64,000 nt of DNA from Mobula birostris. Its lineage: Eukaryota. The notes beneath the pieces are model-generated. The model was not told the DNA's origin, ran no database searches, and worked only from the letters and a program-made list of their open reading frames with translations. Both the position numbers and the translations under genes were made by a program. Each line of letters starts with the position of its first letter. The first letter of the stretch is position 1. The stretch lies in assembly GCF_030028105.1 (NCBI RefSeq), contig NC_092372.1, forward strand, positions 2,456,441 through 2,520,440. The letters run 5' to 3'. Of the stretch, positions 12,320 through 26,094 are shown piece after piece.

Positions 12320-13097
12320 TTTGGTTCATTTCTTTCTAAAGTATTCAAATATGATGACAGAACATAGTATTAATGGTAAGACTCTTGGCAGTGTGGAGGA
12401 TCAGAGGGATCTTGGGGTCCGAGTCCACAGGACACTCAAAGCTGCTGCACAGGTTGACTCTGTGGTTAAGAAGGCATACAGTGCATTGGCCTTCATCAAT
12501 CGTGGGATTGAATTTAGGAGCCGAGAGGTAATGTTGCAGCTATATAAGACCCTGGTCAGACTGGTCTTGGAGTACTGTGCTCAGTTCTGGTCGCCTCACT
12601 ACAGGAAGGATGTGGAAGCCATAGGAAGTGTGCAGAGGAGATTTACAAGGATGTTGCCTGGATTGGGGAGCATGCCTTATGAGAATACATTGAGTGAACT
12701 TGGCCTTTTTTCCTTGGAGTGACAGAGGATGAGAGGTGACCTGATAGAGGTGTATAAGATGATGAGAGGCATTGATCGTGTGGATAGTCAGAGGCTTTTT
12801 CCCAGGGCTGAAATGGTTGCCACAAGAGGACACAAGTTTAAGGTGCTGGGGATTAGGTACAGAGGAGATGTCAGAGGTAAGTTTTTTTACTCAGAGAGTG
12901 GTGAGTGTGTGGAATGGTGATGGTGATGGAGGCGGATACGATAGTGTCTTTTAAGAGACTTTTGGATAGGTACATGGAGCTTAGAAAAATAGAGGGCTAT
13001 GGGTAACCCTAGTAATTTCTAAGGTAGGGACATGTTCGGCCCAACTTTGTGGACTGAAGGGCCTGTATTGTGCTGTAGGTTTTCTGTGTTTCTATGT
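12320..13097 (+). mobile_element. CR1 LINE 3' fragment
   Basis: QRDLGV...EYCAQFWSP...RGDLIEVYK and a (TTTCTATG)-like tail. Confidence 0.85.
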
Positions 13098-13457
13098 AAA
13101 GTCAAAGTCTAATTTATTACCTGAGTACATAAGTGTTACCACATGCAACCCTGAGAATCCTTTTCTGCGGGCATACTTAGCAAATCCATAGAACAGTACA
13201 TGTAAACGTCAGGAACTATAAACTGTAAATTAACTGTGCAAATGAAGCTATAAATAAATAACTATAAATAACAAGGATGAATTAACAATATAACTGAGTC
13301 GTTAAATGAGTGTAGCTATCCCCCTTTGTTCAGGAGCCTGATGGTTGAGGTGTAGTAACTGTTCTTGAACCTGGTGGTGAGAGTCCTGAGACTCCTGTAC
13401 CTCTAACTGATGACAGCAATGAGAAAGGAGCATGGCTGGGTGGTGAGGATCTGTGCA

Positions 13458-14596
13458 GGTGAGTATACAGGTAGAGTGAGTGTACAGTGAGTGAGTGAGT
13501 GTACAGGTAGAGTGAGTGTACAGTGAGTGAATGTACAGGTAGAGTGAGTGTACAGTGAGTGTGTACAGGTAGAGTGAGTGTACAGTGAGTGAGTGTACAG
13601 TGAGAGTGTACAGTGAGTGAGTGTACAGGTAGAGTGAGTGTACAGTGAGTGAGTGTACAGTGAGTGAGTGTACAGGTAGAGTGAGTGTACAGTGAGAGTG
13701 TACAGTGAGTGAGTGTACAGTGAGTGAGTGTACAGTGAGTGAGTGTACAGTGAGTGAGTGTACAGGTAGAGTGAGTGTACAGTGAGTGAGTGTACAGTGA
13801 GTGAGTGTACAGTGAGTGAGTGAGTGTACAGTGAGTGAGTGTACAGTGAGTGAGTGAGTGTACAGTGAGAGTGTACAGTGAGTGAGTGTACAGGTAGAGT
13901 GAGTGTACAGTGAGTGAGTGTACAGTGAGTGAGTGTACAGTGAGTGAGTGTACAGTGAGTGAGTGAGTGTACAGTGAGTGAGTGTACAGTGAGTGAGTGA
14001 GTGTACAGTGAGAGTGTACAGTGAGTGAGTGTACAGGTAGAGTGAGTGTACAGTGAGTGAGTGAGTGTACAGTGAGTGAGTGTACAGTGAGTGAGTGTAC
14101 AGTGAGAGTGTACAGTGAGTGAGTGTACAGGTAGAGTGAGTGTACAGTGAGTGAGTGTACAGGTAGAGTGAGTGTACAGTGAGTGAGTGTACAGTGAGTG
14201 AGTGTACAGGTAGAGTGAGTGTACAGTGAGTGAGTGTACAGGTAGAGTGAGTGTACAGTGAGTGAGTGTACAGGTAGAGTGAGTGTACAGTGAGTGAGTG
14301 AGTGTACAGTGAGTGAGTGTACAGGTAGAGTGAGTGTACAGTGAGTGAGTGTACAGTGAGTGAGTGTACAGGTAGAGTGAGTGTACAGTGAGTGAGTGTA
14401 CAGGTAGAGTGAGTGTACAGTGAGTGAGTGAGTGTACAGTGAGTGAGTGTACAGGTAGAGTGAGTGTACAGTGAGTGAGTGTACAGTGAGTGAGTGTACA
14501 GGTAGAGTGAGTGTACAGTGAGTGAGTGTACAGGTAGAGTGAGTGTACAGTGAGTGAGTGAGTGTACAGTGAGTGAGTGTACAGGTAGAGTGAGTG
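13458..14596. repeat. Compound microsatellite (GTGA)n-GTGTACA / GGTAGA
   Basis: About 1.1 kb of gtgagtgagtgtaca and ggtagagtgagtgtaca units. Confidence 0.97.
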
Positions 14597-15189
14597 GGTA
14601 TGAAAATGGGTACGGTAAAGAAATGGTTAACAAGTAGGAATGTATGCTGTTGGACAGATTGACCCTTGATACTAAGTAAGGCCCCTGGTATACCGGATGA
14701 CATGCATGAAAACAAAGCTGATTTGCGTAAAAGCAATCAATTACCTTGTCTCTAGAAATGTTTTCTATATTGTTTGATTGTAAGTTAATAGGATGCATTG
14801 ACCCTGGGGAGGCAGAGGCCGACTGTTGAAGGCCACCCAATTGTGGGACGTGCAGTGTGAGGGACGTATGTTGGCCTGATACGTGACCAGGGCTTGGAAT
14901 TGGCCCAAGATGGGGTCGTGTAGGTGTCGGATTGGATGTTTAGCCCCTTCCAGCTGGACTGGGAGGGGGTGATAGGGCTACGAAAGTGGGCAAGTTCTTT
15001 CCTGGGCAGACCACTCGCCTGGGTCCCAGCTTTGGGCCGAGCAGCTGAACCGGCTCCAAGGGTCAGTCCACGGTCGATCGCCTGCCTCAGGGACCATGCA
15101 GACGTTGCTAAGTATACTCGGCGGTGTAGACTACCAGGGGTTGTTTAAGTTAGCCCTACCTATTAGTGGTGTAGGTAGTGCACAATATA

Positions 15190-15785
15190 AAGCATTTCTC
15201 GCAACTCTCTATCAGATCTAAAGAAGTTTGACAAAGATTTTTGATGACATGCCAAACCCCTGCAGACTCCTGAGAAAATAGAGGTGCTGTTGAGCTTTCT
15301 TCAGAATAATATTTATATGACGGGTTCAAGACAGGTCCTCTGAGATAGTGACACCAGGAATTTAAAGTTACTGACCCTCTCCACCTCTGATCCTCCGATG
15401 ATTACCGGCTCATGGACCTCTGATTTCACTCTCCTGAAGTCTACAACCAATTCCTTGGTCTTATGGACATTGAGTGAGAGGTGGTTGTTATTACACCACT
15501 CAGCCAAGTTTTTATTCTCCCTCCTGTACGCTGATTCATCACACCCTTGATACAGCCCACAACAGTGGTGCCATCAGCAAACTTGTATCTGGTGTTGGAG
15601 CTGTACTGAGCCACACAGTCATGGGTGTAAAGTGAATAGAGTAGGGGGTTAAGCACACAGCCCTGCAGTGCTCCGGTGCTGATGGAGACTGTGGAGATGT
15701 TTTTGCCAATCCGAACTGACTCAGGTCCACAAGTAAGGAAATTCAGGATCCAATTGCACAAGTGGCTATTGAACCCAGGTCTTGG
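15190..15785 (-). mobile_element. Rex1/Babar-like LINE fragment
   Basis: [20 protein letters not shown]...[10 protein letters not shown] and [15 protein letters not shown]. Confidence 0.8.
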
Positions 15786-15998
15786 AGCTTACAATGTCCT
15801 GACAAAGGGTCTCAGTCCGAAACGTCGACTGTACCTCTTCCTAGAGATGCTGCCTGGCCTGCTGCGTTCACCAGCAACTTTGATGTGTGTTGCTTGGAGT
15901 TTACAGATTAGTTTTCAGGGGATAGCCCTTTTAAATTCTCACTGTCTACAATACCGATGTAAATGTCAGGAAGGTTATAATCTCATCTGTCTTTACTA

Positions 15999-18650
15999 CT
16001 TCCTCAAAGATCATCACCAGAGGCTCAGCAATCTCCTCCCTCACCTCCCACAGTAGCCTGTGGTACATCTCATCCGGTCCCAGCAACTTATCCAAATTGA
16101 TGCTTTCCAAAATCTCCAGCACATCCTCTTTCTTAATATCTACATGCTCAAGCTTTTCAGTCTGCTGCAGGTTATCAATACAATCACCAAGATCCTTTTC
16201 CATAGTGAATACTGAAGTAAAGTATTCATTAAGTACCTCTGCCATCTCCTCTGGTTCCATACACACTTTTCCACTGTCACACTTGATTGGTCCTATTCTC
16301 TCACGTCTTATCCTCTTGCTCTTCACATACTTGTCGAATGCCTTGGGGTTTTCCTTAATCCTGCTCACCAAGGCCTTCTCATGGCCCCTTCTGGCTCTCC
16401 TAATTTCATTCTTAAGCTCCTTCCTGTTAGCCTTATAATCTTCTAGCTCTCTATCATTACCTAACTCTCTGAACCTTTCTTTTTCACCAGATTTTCAACA
16501 GCCTTTGTACACCACGGTTCCTGTACCCTACCATAACTTCCCTGTCTCATTGGAACGTACCTATTCAGAATGCTACACAAATATCCCCTGAACATTCGCC
16601 ACATTTCTGCTGTACATTTCCCTGAGAACATCTGCTCCCAATTTAAGCTTCCAATTTCCTGCCTGATAGCCTCATATTTCCCCTACTCCAATTAAACACT
16701 TTTCTAGCTTGTATGTTCCTATCTGTCTCTCCGATGCTATGGTAAAGGAGATAGAATTATGATCACTATCTCCAAAATGCTCTCCCACTGAGAGATCTGA
16801 CACCTGACCAGGTTCATTTCCCAATACCAGATCAAGTACAGCCTCTCCTCTTGTAGGCGTATCTACATATTGTGTCAGAAAACCTTCCTGAACACACCTA
16901 ACAAACTCCACCCCATCTAAACCCCTCGCTCTAGAGAGATGCCAATCAATATTTGGGAAATTAAAATCTCCCACCACGACAACCCTGTTATCATTACACC
17001 TTTCCAGAATCTATCTCCTTATCTGCTCCTCGATGTCCCTGTTACTATTGGGTGGTCTATAAAAAACACCCAGTAGAGTTATTGACCTCTTCCTATTTCT
17101 AACTTCCACCCACAGAGACTCCGTAGACAACCCCTCCATAACTTAAACACGAGGAATTCTGCAGATGCTGGAATTTCAAGCGACACACATCAAAGTTGCT
17201 GGTGAACGCAGCAGGCCAGGCAGCATCTATAGGAAGAGGTACAGTCAACGTTTTGGGCCGAGACCCTTCGTCAGGACTAAGTGAAGGAAGAGCTAGTAAG
17301 AGATTTGAAAGTGGGAGGCGGAGGGGGAGATCCAAAATGATAGGAGAAGACAGGAGGGGGAGGGATGGAGCCAAGAGCTGGACAGGTGATTGGCAAAAGG
17401 GATATGAGAGGATCATGGGACAGGAGGCCCAGGGAGAAAGAAAAGGGAGAGGGGGGGAGAAAATCCCAGAGGATGGGCAAGGGGTATAGTGAGAGGGACA
17501 GAGGGAGAAAAAGGAGACAGAGAAAGAATATGTGTATATAAATAAATAATGGATGGGGTACAAGGGGGAGGTGGGGCATTAGCGGAAGTTAGAGAAGTCG
17601 ATGTTCATGCCATCAGGTTGGAGGCTACCCAGACGGAATATAAGGTGTTGTTCCTCCAACCTGAGTGTGGCTTCATCTTTACAGTAGAGGAGGCCGTGGA
17701 TAGACATGTCAGAATGGGAATGGGATGTGGAATTAAAATGTGCGGCCACTGGGAGATCCTGTTTTCTCTGGCGGACAGAGCGTAGGTGTTCAGCAAAGCG
17801 GTCTCCCAGTCTGCGTCGGGTCTCTCCATAACTTCCACCTTTTCTGCGGCCGTGACACTATCTCTGATCAACAGTGCCACGCCCCCACCTCTTTTGCCTC
17901 CCTTCCTGTCCTTTCTGAAACATCTAAAACCTGGCTCTCTAAATAACCATTCCTGCCCCTGAGCCATCCAAGTCTCTGTAATGGCCACCACATCATGACT
18001 GTAAGTACTGATCCACGCTCTAAGCTCATCTGTTTTGTTCATAATACTACTCGCATTAAAAAAGACACATCTCAAACCTTCGGTCTGAGCATGTTCCTTC
18101 TCTATCACCTGCCTATCCTCCCTCACACACTGTCTCCAAGCTTTCTCTATTTGTGAACCAACCATCTCTTCCTCTGTCTCTTCAGTTCGGTTCCCACCCC
18201 CCAGCAATGCTAGTTTAAACTCTCCCCAGTAGCCTTAGCAATCCTCCCCGCCAGGATATTGGTCCCCTGGGATTCAAGTGTAACCCGTCCTTTATGTACA
18301 GGTCACACCTGCCCCAAAAGAGGTCCCAATGACCCAGAAATCTGAATCCCTGCCCCCTGCTCCAATCCCTCAGCCACACATTTATCCTCCACCTCGTTCT
18401 ATTCCTATACTCACTGTCACGCGGCACAGGCAGTAATCCCGAGATTACTACCTTTGTGGTCCTGCTTCTCAACTTCCTTCGTAACTCCCTGTAGTCTGTT
18501 TTCAGGACGTCTTCCCTTTTCCTACCTATGTCTTTGGTACCAATATGCACCACGACCTCTGGCTGTTCTCCCTCCCACTGCAGGATATCGTGGACGCCAT
18601 CTGAAACTTCCTGGACCCTGGCACCTGGGAGGCAAACTACCATTTGAGTT
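15999..18650 (-). mobile_element. CR1 LINE (ORF1 esterase-like domain, APE endonuclease, linker), interrupted by a Penelope insertion
   Basis: CLPGARV...VVVHIGTKD...DGLHLN (SGNH-like ORF1), VVAITETW and GDFNFPNIDW...SDHN. Confidence 0.88.
17145..17823 (-). mobile_element. Penelope-like 3' fragment with an 11-bp TSD and a degenerate hammerhead (17243-17278)
   Basis: TSD CTCCATAACTT at 17134-44 and 17824-34. Same family as 47680-48710. Confidence 0.85.
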
Positions 18651-18948
18651 TCTGCAAAGATGAAAAGAACCTGATGGGATTTGTATAAGCACTCCTCAAC
18701 AGTCAGAAGGATATGGTCTACAGATTACAATGCGAGCTAGAAAATGCATACCAAAGGGCTAGATTACAATAGTCATGGGGATTTCATTATGCAGGCAGAT
18801 TCAGAAAATCGGGTTCGTGCAGGATTCCAGGAGGGGGAATTTGCAGAATGCCTATGAGTTGGCTTTTTAGAGAAACTTGTGGTTGAGCCTACTAGGGGAC
18901 CAGCTCTTCTGGATTGGGTGCTGTGTAATGAACCAGAACTGATTAGAG

Positions 18949-19178
18949 CTGTGGTCCCCAACCACCGGGCCGCGGACCGGTACTGGGCCACAAAGCATGT
19001 GCTACCGGGCCACGAGGAAACAATATGATTTGGCGATATGAAACGTTATGAGTCAGCTGCACCTTTCCTCATTCCCTGTCACGCACTGTTGAACTTGAAC
19101 CCCCCCCCATCGGCCGGTCCACAAGAATATTGTCAATATTAAACCAGTCCACAGTGCGCGAAAGGTTGGGGACCCCTG
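18949..19178. mobile_element. hAT/Charlie-type MITE, 230 bp
   Basis: 8-bp TSD GATTAGAG (18941-48 and 19179-86). TIRs CTGTGGTCCCCAACC ... GGTTGGGGACCCCTG. Confidence 0.88.
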
Positions 19179-21969
19179 GATTAGAGAGCTTAAGGAAAAA
19201 GAACCCTTAGATGCAAGTGATCATATTATCAACTTTGTCCTGAAATTTGAGGAGAAGCTAGAGAGGTGTATCTGTATTACAGTGGAGTAAAGGGAATTAC
19301 AGAGGCATGGGAGAGGAGTTGGCCGGAACTGATTGGTAAAGAACACTGGCAGGGATGACGGCAGAGCAGCAATGGCTGAGATTTCTGGGAGCAATTTGGA
19401 AGGCAAAGGATATATACAACCCAAACAGGAAGAAGCATCTAAAGGAAAGAACCCCAAGGCTTTCTACAAATATCTGAAGAGCAAGAGGATGAACTGTGTG
19501 AGAATATGACCAATCAGGTGTGATTGTGGAAATGTGGGCATGGAGTCGGAGGAGGTAGCGGAGGTACTTAATGAATGTCTTGCTTCAGTATACACCAGGG
19601 AAAAAGACCTTGGCAACTGTGGGGATGACTTACAGCACACTGAAACACTTGAGTATATACACATCAAGAAAGAGCAGGAGCTTTTGAAAACCACTGTTAG
19701 ATAAGTCACCAGGACCAGATGAGATGTACCCCAGGCTACTGTGAGAAGTGAGGGAGGAGATTGCTGAGCCTCTGGTGATGATCTTTGCATCATCAGTAGG
19801 GACGGGAGAGGTTCCGGAGGATTGGAGGGTTGCAAATATTATTCCCTTGTTCAAGAAGGCGAGTAGAGACAACCCAGGGAATTATAGACCAGTGAGTCTG
19901 ACTTCAGTGGTGGGCAAGTTGTTGGAGAAGAACCTGAGAGGCAGGATTTATGAGCGTTTGGAGAGACACAACCTGATTAGGGATAGTCAGCATGGCTTTG
20001 TCAAAGGCAGGTCGTGCCTTGCGAGCCTGATCAAATTCTTTCAGGATGTAAAACACATTGATGAAGATAGAGCAGTGGATGTAGTGCATATGGATTTCAG
20101 TAAGGCATTTGATAAGGTTTCTCATGCAAAGCTCCTTCGAAAAGTAAGGAGGCATGGGATTCAAGGAGACCTTGCTTTATGGATCCAGAACCAGCTTGTC
20201 CGCAGAAAGGAAAGGGTGGTTATAGATAGTTTGTATTCTGCATGGAGGTCGGTGATCAGTGAAGTGCCTCAGAGATCTGTTCTGGGACACCTCCCCTTTG
20301 TGATTTTTATAAATGACCTGGATGAAGAAATAGAAGAGTTGGTTAGTAAGTTTGCTGATGACACAAAAGTTGGGAGTGTTATGGATAGTCTGAAGGGTTG
20401 TCAGAGGTTACAGCAGGACATTGATAGGATGCAGAACTGGGTTGAGAAGTGGCAGATAGACTTCAACCCAGATAAGTGTGAAGTGGTTCATTTTGGTAGG
20501 TCCAATTTGAAGACCGAATATAATATTAAGCGTAAGACTCTTGGCCGTGTGGAGAATCAGAGAGATCTTGGGTTCCATGTCTATAGGACACTCAAAGCTG
20601 CTGTGCAGGTTGACAGTGTTGTTCAGAAGGTGTATGGTACGTTGGCTTTCATCAGCCATGAGGATTGAGTTCAAGAGCTGTGAGGTAATGTTACAGCTAT
20701 ATAAGACCTTGGTCAGACCCCACTTGGAGTACTGTGCTCAGTTCCGGTCACCTCACTACAGGAAAGATGTGGATACTGTAGAGAGAGTGCAGAGGAGATT
20801 TACAAGGATGTTGCCTGGATTGGGGAGCATGCCTTATAAGAATAGGTTGAGTGAACTTGGCCTTTTCTCCTTGGAGCGACGGAGGATGAGAGGTGAGCTG
20901 ATAGAGGTGTATAAGATGATGGGAGGCATTGACCGTGTGGATAGCCAGAGGCTTTTCCCCAGGGCTGGAATGGCTAACAGGAGAGGGCACAGTTTTAAGG
21001 TGCTTGGGAATAGGTACAGAAGGGATGTCAGGGATAGGTTTTTCACACCAAGAGTGGTGAGTACGTGGTATGGGCTGCCGGTGGCAGTGGTGGAAGTGGC
21101 GACAGTAGGATCTATTAAGAGACTCTCAGATAGGTACACGGAGCTTAGAAAAACAGAGGGCTATGCCGTAGGAAAATTCTAGGCTGTTTCTGGAGTAGGT
21201 TACACAACATTGTGGGCCAAAGGGCTTGTAACATGCTGTAGATTTCTATTTGCTATGTTCTATGTTAAGACACAACCATGGCTACAAGAGAAGTCAAAGC
21301 CAACATAAAGGCCAAAGAAGGCATATAATAGAGCAAAAAACAGTGGGAAGTTAGATGATTGGGAAGCTCTTAAAAACAAGAGGAAATAAGTCATTAAAAA
21401 GGTAAAGAGAATACAAAAGTAAGCCAGCCAATAATATTAAAGAGGATACCAAAAGTTTCTCCAGATACATAAAGTATAAAAGAGGTGAGAGTGGATATTG
21501 GACGGCTAAAGATGATATTAGAGAGGTAGTAATGGGGCCAACAAAATGGTGAACAAGTATTTTGCATCAGACTTCACTGTGGAAGACACTAGCAGTATAG
21601 TGGAAGTTCCAAGTGCCGGGTCATGAAATGCGTGAAGTTACCATTACTGGGGAGAAGGTTCTTGGTGAAGCTGAAAAGTTTAAAGGTAGATAGGTCACCT
21701 GGACCAGATAGTGAACACCACGGGGTTCTGATAGAGGAGGCTGTCTCTAGATAGAGGAGCCCTTGTGCAGGATACCCTAAAGGTTAACCTCCAGGTTGAG
21801 TCAGTGGTGAAGATGGTAAATACAATGTTAGCATTCATTTCTAGAGCTGTAGAATATAAGAACAGGGATGTGATGTTGAGGCGCTATAAGGCACTCGTGA
21901 GACCACACTTGGAGTATTGTGTGCAGTTTTGAGCTCCTTATTTTAGAAATGATATACTGACTTTGGAGA

Positions 21970-22761
21970 TGGAGTGGCCACTCTCCACTGAACATCGATG
22001 ACTCCTCCGTAGAGATTGTTAAGAGCACCAAATTTCTTGGTGTTCACCTGGCAGAGAATCTCACCTGGCCCCTCCACACCAGTTCCATAGCAAAGAAAGC
22101 CCAGGCGCGTCTCTACCTTCTGTGAAGGCTGAGAAAAGTCCATCTCCCACCCCCCATCCTCACCACATTCTACAGAGATTGTATTGAGAGCATCCTGAGC
22201 AGCTGCATCACTGCCTGGTTCAGAAATTGCACCATCTCGGATTGCAAGACCCTGCAGCGGATAGTGAGGTCAGCTGAGAAGATCATCGGGGTCTCTCTTC
22301 CCGCCATTACAGACATTTACACCACACGCTGCAACTGTAAAGCAAACAGCATTATGAAGGACCCCATGCACCCCTCATATAAACTCTTCTCCCTCCTGCC
22401 ATCTGGCAAAAGGTACCGAAGCATTTGGGCTCTCACGACCAGACTATGTAACAGTTTCTTCCCCCAAGCCATCAGACTCCTCAATACCCAGAGTCTGGAC
22501 TGACACCAAACTACTGCCCTCTACTGTGCCTATTGTCTTGTTTATTATTTATTGTAGTGCCTGCACTGTTTTGTGCACTTTATGCAGTCCTGGGTAGGTC
22601 TGTAGCCTAGTGTAGTTTTGTGTTGTTTTATGTAGTTCAGTGTAGTTTTTGTATTGTTCATGTAACACCATGGTTCTGGAAAACGTTGTCTCGTTTTTAC
22701 TGTGTGCTGTACCAGCAGTTATGGTCGAAATGACAATAAAAAGTGACTTGACTTGACTTGA
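21970..22761 (+). mobile_element. Rex1/Babar-like LINE 3' end
   Basis: LPSGKRYRSI..TTRLCNSFFPQAIRLLN* followed by AATAAA and a (GACTT)n tail. Confidence 0.85.
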
Positions 22762-25325
22762 TTCAGAGAAGATTCACAAGAATGAATGCAGGAATGAAAG
22801 GGTTACTGTATGAGGAACGTCTGGCAGCTCTTGGGCTGAATTCCCTGGAGTTCAGGAGAATGAGGGGGGGATCTCCTAGAAACATTCTGAATGTTATTGA
22901 GGACCAGTGAGCCTTACGTCTGTGGTGCGAAAGCTGTTGGAAAATATTCTTAGAGATAGGATCTATAGGCATTTAGAGAATCATGGTCTGATCAGGGACT
23001 GTCAGCATGGCTTTGTGAAGGGCAGATCATGTCTAACAAGCCTGATAGAGTTCTTTGAGGAGGTGACCAGGCATATAGATGAGGGCAGTGCAGTGGATGT
23101 GATCTATATGGGTTTTAGTAAGGCATTTGACAAGGTTCCACACAGTAGGCTTATTCGGAAAGTTAGAAGGCATGGGATCCAGGGAAGTTTGGCCAGGTGG
23201 ATTCAGAATTGGCTTGCCTGCAGAAAGCAGAGGGTCATGGTGGGGGGAGCACATTCAGATTGGAGGATTGTGACTAGTGGTGTCCCAAAAGGATCGGTTC
23301 TGGGACCTCTACTTTTCATAATTTTTATTAATAACCTTGATGTAGGGGTAGAAGGGTGGGTTGGCAAGTTTGCAGACGACGCAGATGTTGGTGGTGTTGT
23401 AGATAGTGTAGAGGATTGTCAAAGATTGCAGAGAGACATTGGTAGGATGCAGAAGTGGGCTGAGAAGTGGCAGATGGAGTTCAACTCGGAGAAGTGTGAG
23501 GTGGTACATTTTAGAAGGACAAACTCCAAGGCAGGGTACAAAGTAAATGGCAGGGTACTTGGTAGTGTGGAGGAGCAGAGGGATCTGGGGGTACATGTCC
23601 ACAGATCCCTGAAAGTTGCCTCACAGGTGGATAGGGTAGTTAAGAAAGCTTATGGGGTGTTAGCTTTCATAAGTTGAGGGATAGAGTTTATGAGTTGCGA
23701 TGTAATGATGCAGCTCTATAAAACTCTGGTTAGGTCACACTTGGAGTACTGTGTCCAGTTCTGGTCACCTCACTATAGGAAGGTTGTGGAAGCATTGTAA
23801 AGGGTACAGGGGAGATTTACCAGGATGCTGCCTGGTTTAGAGAGTATGCATTATGATCAGAGATTAAGGGAGCTAGGGCTTTACTCTTTGGAGAGAAGGA
23901 GGATAAGAGGAGACATGATAGAGGTGTACAAGATAATAAGAGGAATAGATAGAGTGGATAGCCAGTACCTCTTCCCTCGGGCACCACTGCTCAATACAAG
24001 AGGACATGGCTTTAAGGTAAGGGGTGGGAAGTTCAAGGGGGATATTAGAGGAAGGTTTTTTACTCAGAGAGTGGTTGGTGAGTGGAATGCACTGCCTGAG
24101 TCAGTGGTGGAGGCAGATACACTAGTGAAGTTTAAGAGACTACTAGACAGGTATATGGAGGAATTTAAGTTGGGGGGTTATATGGGAGGCAGTGTTTGAG
24201 GGTTGGAGCAACTTTGTGGGCTGAAGGGCCTGTAATGTGCTGTATTATTCTATGTTTTATGTTCTATGTTTAAGGCCTGAACAGATTAGATATGGGAAAG
24301 TTATTTCCCATGGTAGGGGATTCTAGGACAAGGGGGCATGGACTTCAGGATTGAAGGACATCCATTTAGAACAGAGATATGGATAAATTACTTTAATGAA
24401 AGGTTGATAAATCTGTGGAATTGTTGCCATGAGTGGCTGTGGAGACCAAGTCATTCGGTGCATTTAAGGCAGAGATAGATAGGTTCTTGATTAGCCAGGG
24501 CATCAAAGGGTATTGGGAGAAGGCAGGGGAGTGGGGCTGACTGGAAGAATTGGATCAGCCCATGATGGAATGGCCGACCAGACTCAATGGGCTGAATGGC
24601 CTACTTCTGCTCCTATATCTTGTGGTCTTATGGATCTTATGGTCTTATGGCTGAAGAGATTGTAGAGGTGTTAGTAATGATCTTTCAAGAATCACCATAT
24701 TCTGGAATACTGGAAAATTGCAGATGTCACTCCACTCTTCTAGAAGGGAGGGAGGCAGAAGGAAGGAAACTATAGGCCAGTTAGTCTGACAGTGGTTGAG
24801 AAGAGGGAGTTGATTATCAAGGATGAGGCATGGTTTCCTCAAGGGAAAATCTTGCCTGATAAATCTGATGGAATTCTTTGAAGAAATATCAAGCAGGACA
24901 GATGATGTCGAATCGGTTGATGTTGTGTACTGATTTTCAAAAGGCTTTGAGAAGGTGCCACATGATTTGGATGATGGAATTGATGGCTTTGTTGCAAAGT
25001 TTGCAGTCGGTATGAGGATAGGTGGGGTAGCAGGTAGTTTTGAGGAAGTAGAGAAGCTACAGAAGGGTTTAGACAGGTTCGGAGAATGAGAAAATAAACG
25101 GCAGATGGAATACAGTGTCGGGAAATGTCTGGTCGTGCACTTTGGGAGAAGTAATGAAGGGTTGACTATTTTCTCAATGGTGAGAACATACTAAAAACTG
25201 AGGTGCAAAGGGGCTTGGGAGTCCGTGTGCAGGATACCCTAAAGGTTACGTTGAGTCTGTGCTGAGGAAGGCAAATGGGATGTTAGCAGTCATTTCAATA
25301 GGACTAGAATATAAAAGCGAGGGTG

Positions 25326-26094
25326 TGATGAAGTTTTTAAGGATATTGCGGATGCAGGGGTTAATGACCTTCAAGGACTTTGTTAGCATAAGTTGCATCC
25401 TTGTTTTTGCTTTGCGCAGCTGTGAGGTTGTGAAATAGCTAAACTACTTCTTTGTTCCAATCAATGACAGAACTGTCTGATTCTGTGGAGTAACAGATAT
25501 GTGTGTCTGACAAACACTCCAAGGCTGACTGGCCCTCTGTGTCTTGTGGTTTGACAATCTTATACTAAGAGTTGGAAAACAACTCCACATATGGATAATG
25601 ATGGCTTCTTTGAACTGAATAAACGTTGCTGTATGTAACCTGCTGACAGAGGTCCCTTACGAGCCACCAGAGACAGAGGGACACTGTCCCTCTGGTAACC
25701 TGCTGACAGAGGTCCCTTACGAGCCTCCAGAGAGAGAGGGACACTCTCCCTCTGGTAACCTGCTGACAGAGGTCCCTTACGAGCCTCCAGAGAGAGAGGG
25801 ACACTCTCCCTCTGGTAACCTGCTGACAGAGGTCCCTTACGAGCTACCAGAGAGAGAGGGACACTCTCCCTCTGGTAACCTGCTGACAGAGGTCCCTTAC
25901 GAGCCTCCAGAGAGAGAGGGACACTCTCCCTCTGGTAACCTGCTGACAGAGGTCCCTTACGAGCCACCAGAGAGAGAGGGACACTCTCCCTCTGGTAACC
26001 TGCTGACAGAGGTCCCTTACGAGCCTCCAGAGAGAGAGGGACACTCTCCCTCTGGTAGGCAGCTCCAGAGCCTCTCACCAGCTGAGTTCCAACA
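25326..26094 (+). mobile_element. Probable solo LTR containing the 60-bp minisatellite
   Basis: Interrupts CR1 sequence. TG...CA ends (TGATGAAG / TTCCAACA) and AATAAA at ~25618. No clear TSD. Confidence 0.4.
25635..26057. repeat. 7 x 60 bp minisatellite with an internal hairpin
   Basis: Unit gtaacctgctgacagaggtcccttacgagcctccagagagagagggacactctccctctg, in exact 60-bp register across the printed lines. Confidence 0.97.

Larger units (their letters stand above)
18660..25325 (+). mobile_element. Nest of plus-strand CR1 LINEs; younger copies at ~19448-21266 and ~22898-24268 lie inside an older CR1
   Basis: ORF2 fragments [18 protein letters not shown] and KFADD. Two internal (TTCTATG)n tails, after which the older element resumes. 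Confidence 0.85.

Noticed and set aside
13302-14840. 512-aa and 468-aa His/Thr-rich ORFs
   Set aside because: Translation of a microsatellite strand that lacks stop codons.
25635-26057. CRISPR array (palindromic repeat)
   Set aside because: Units are identical end to end with no variable spacers.
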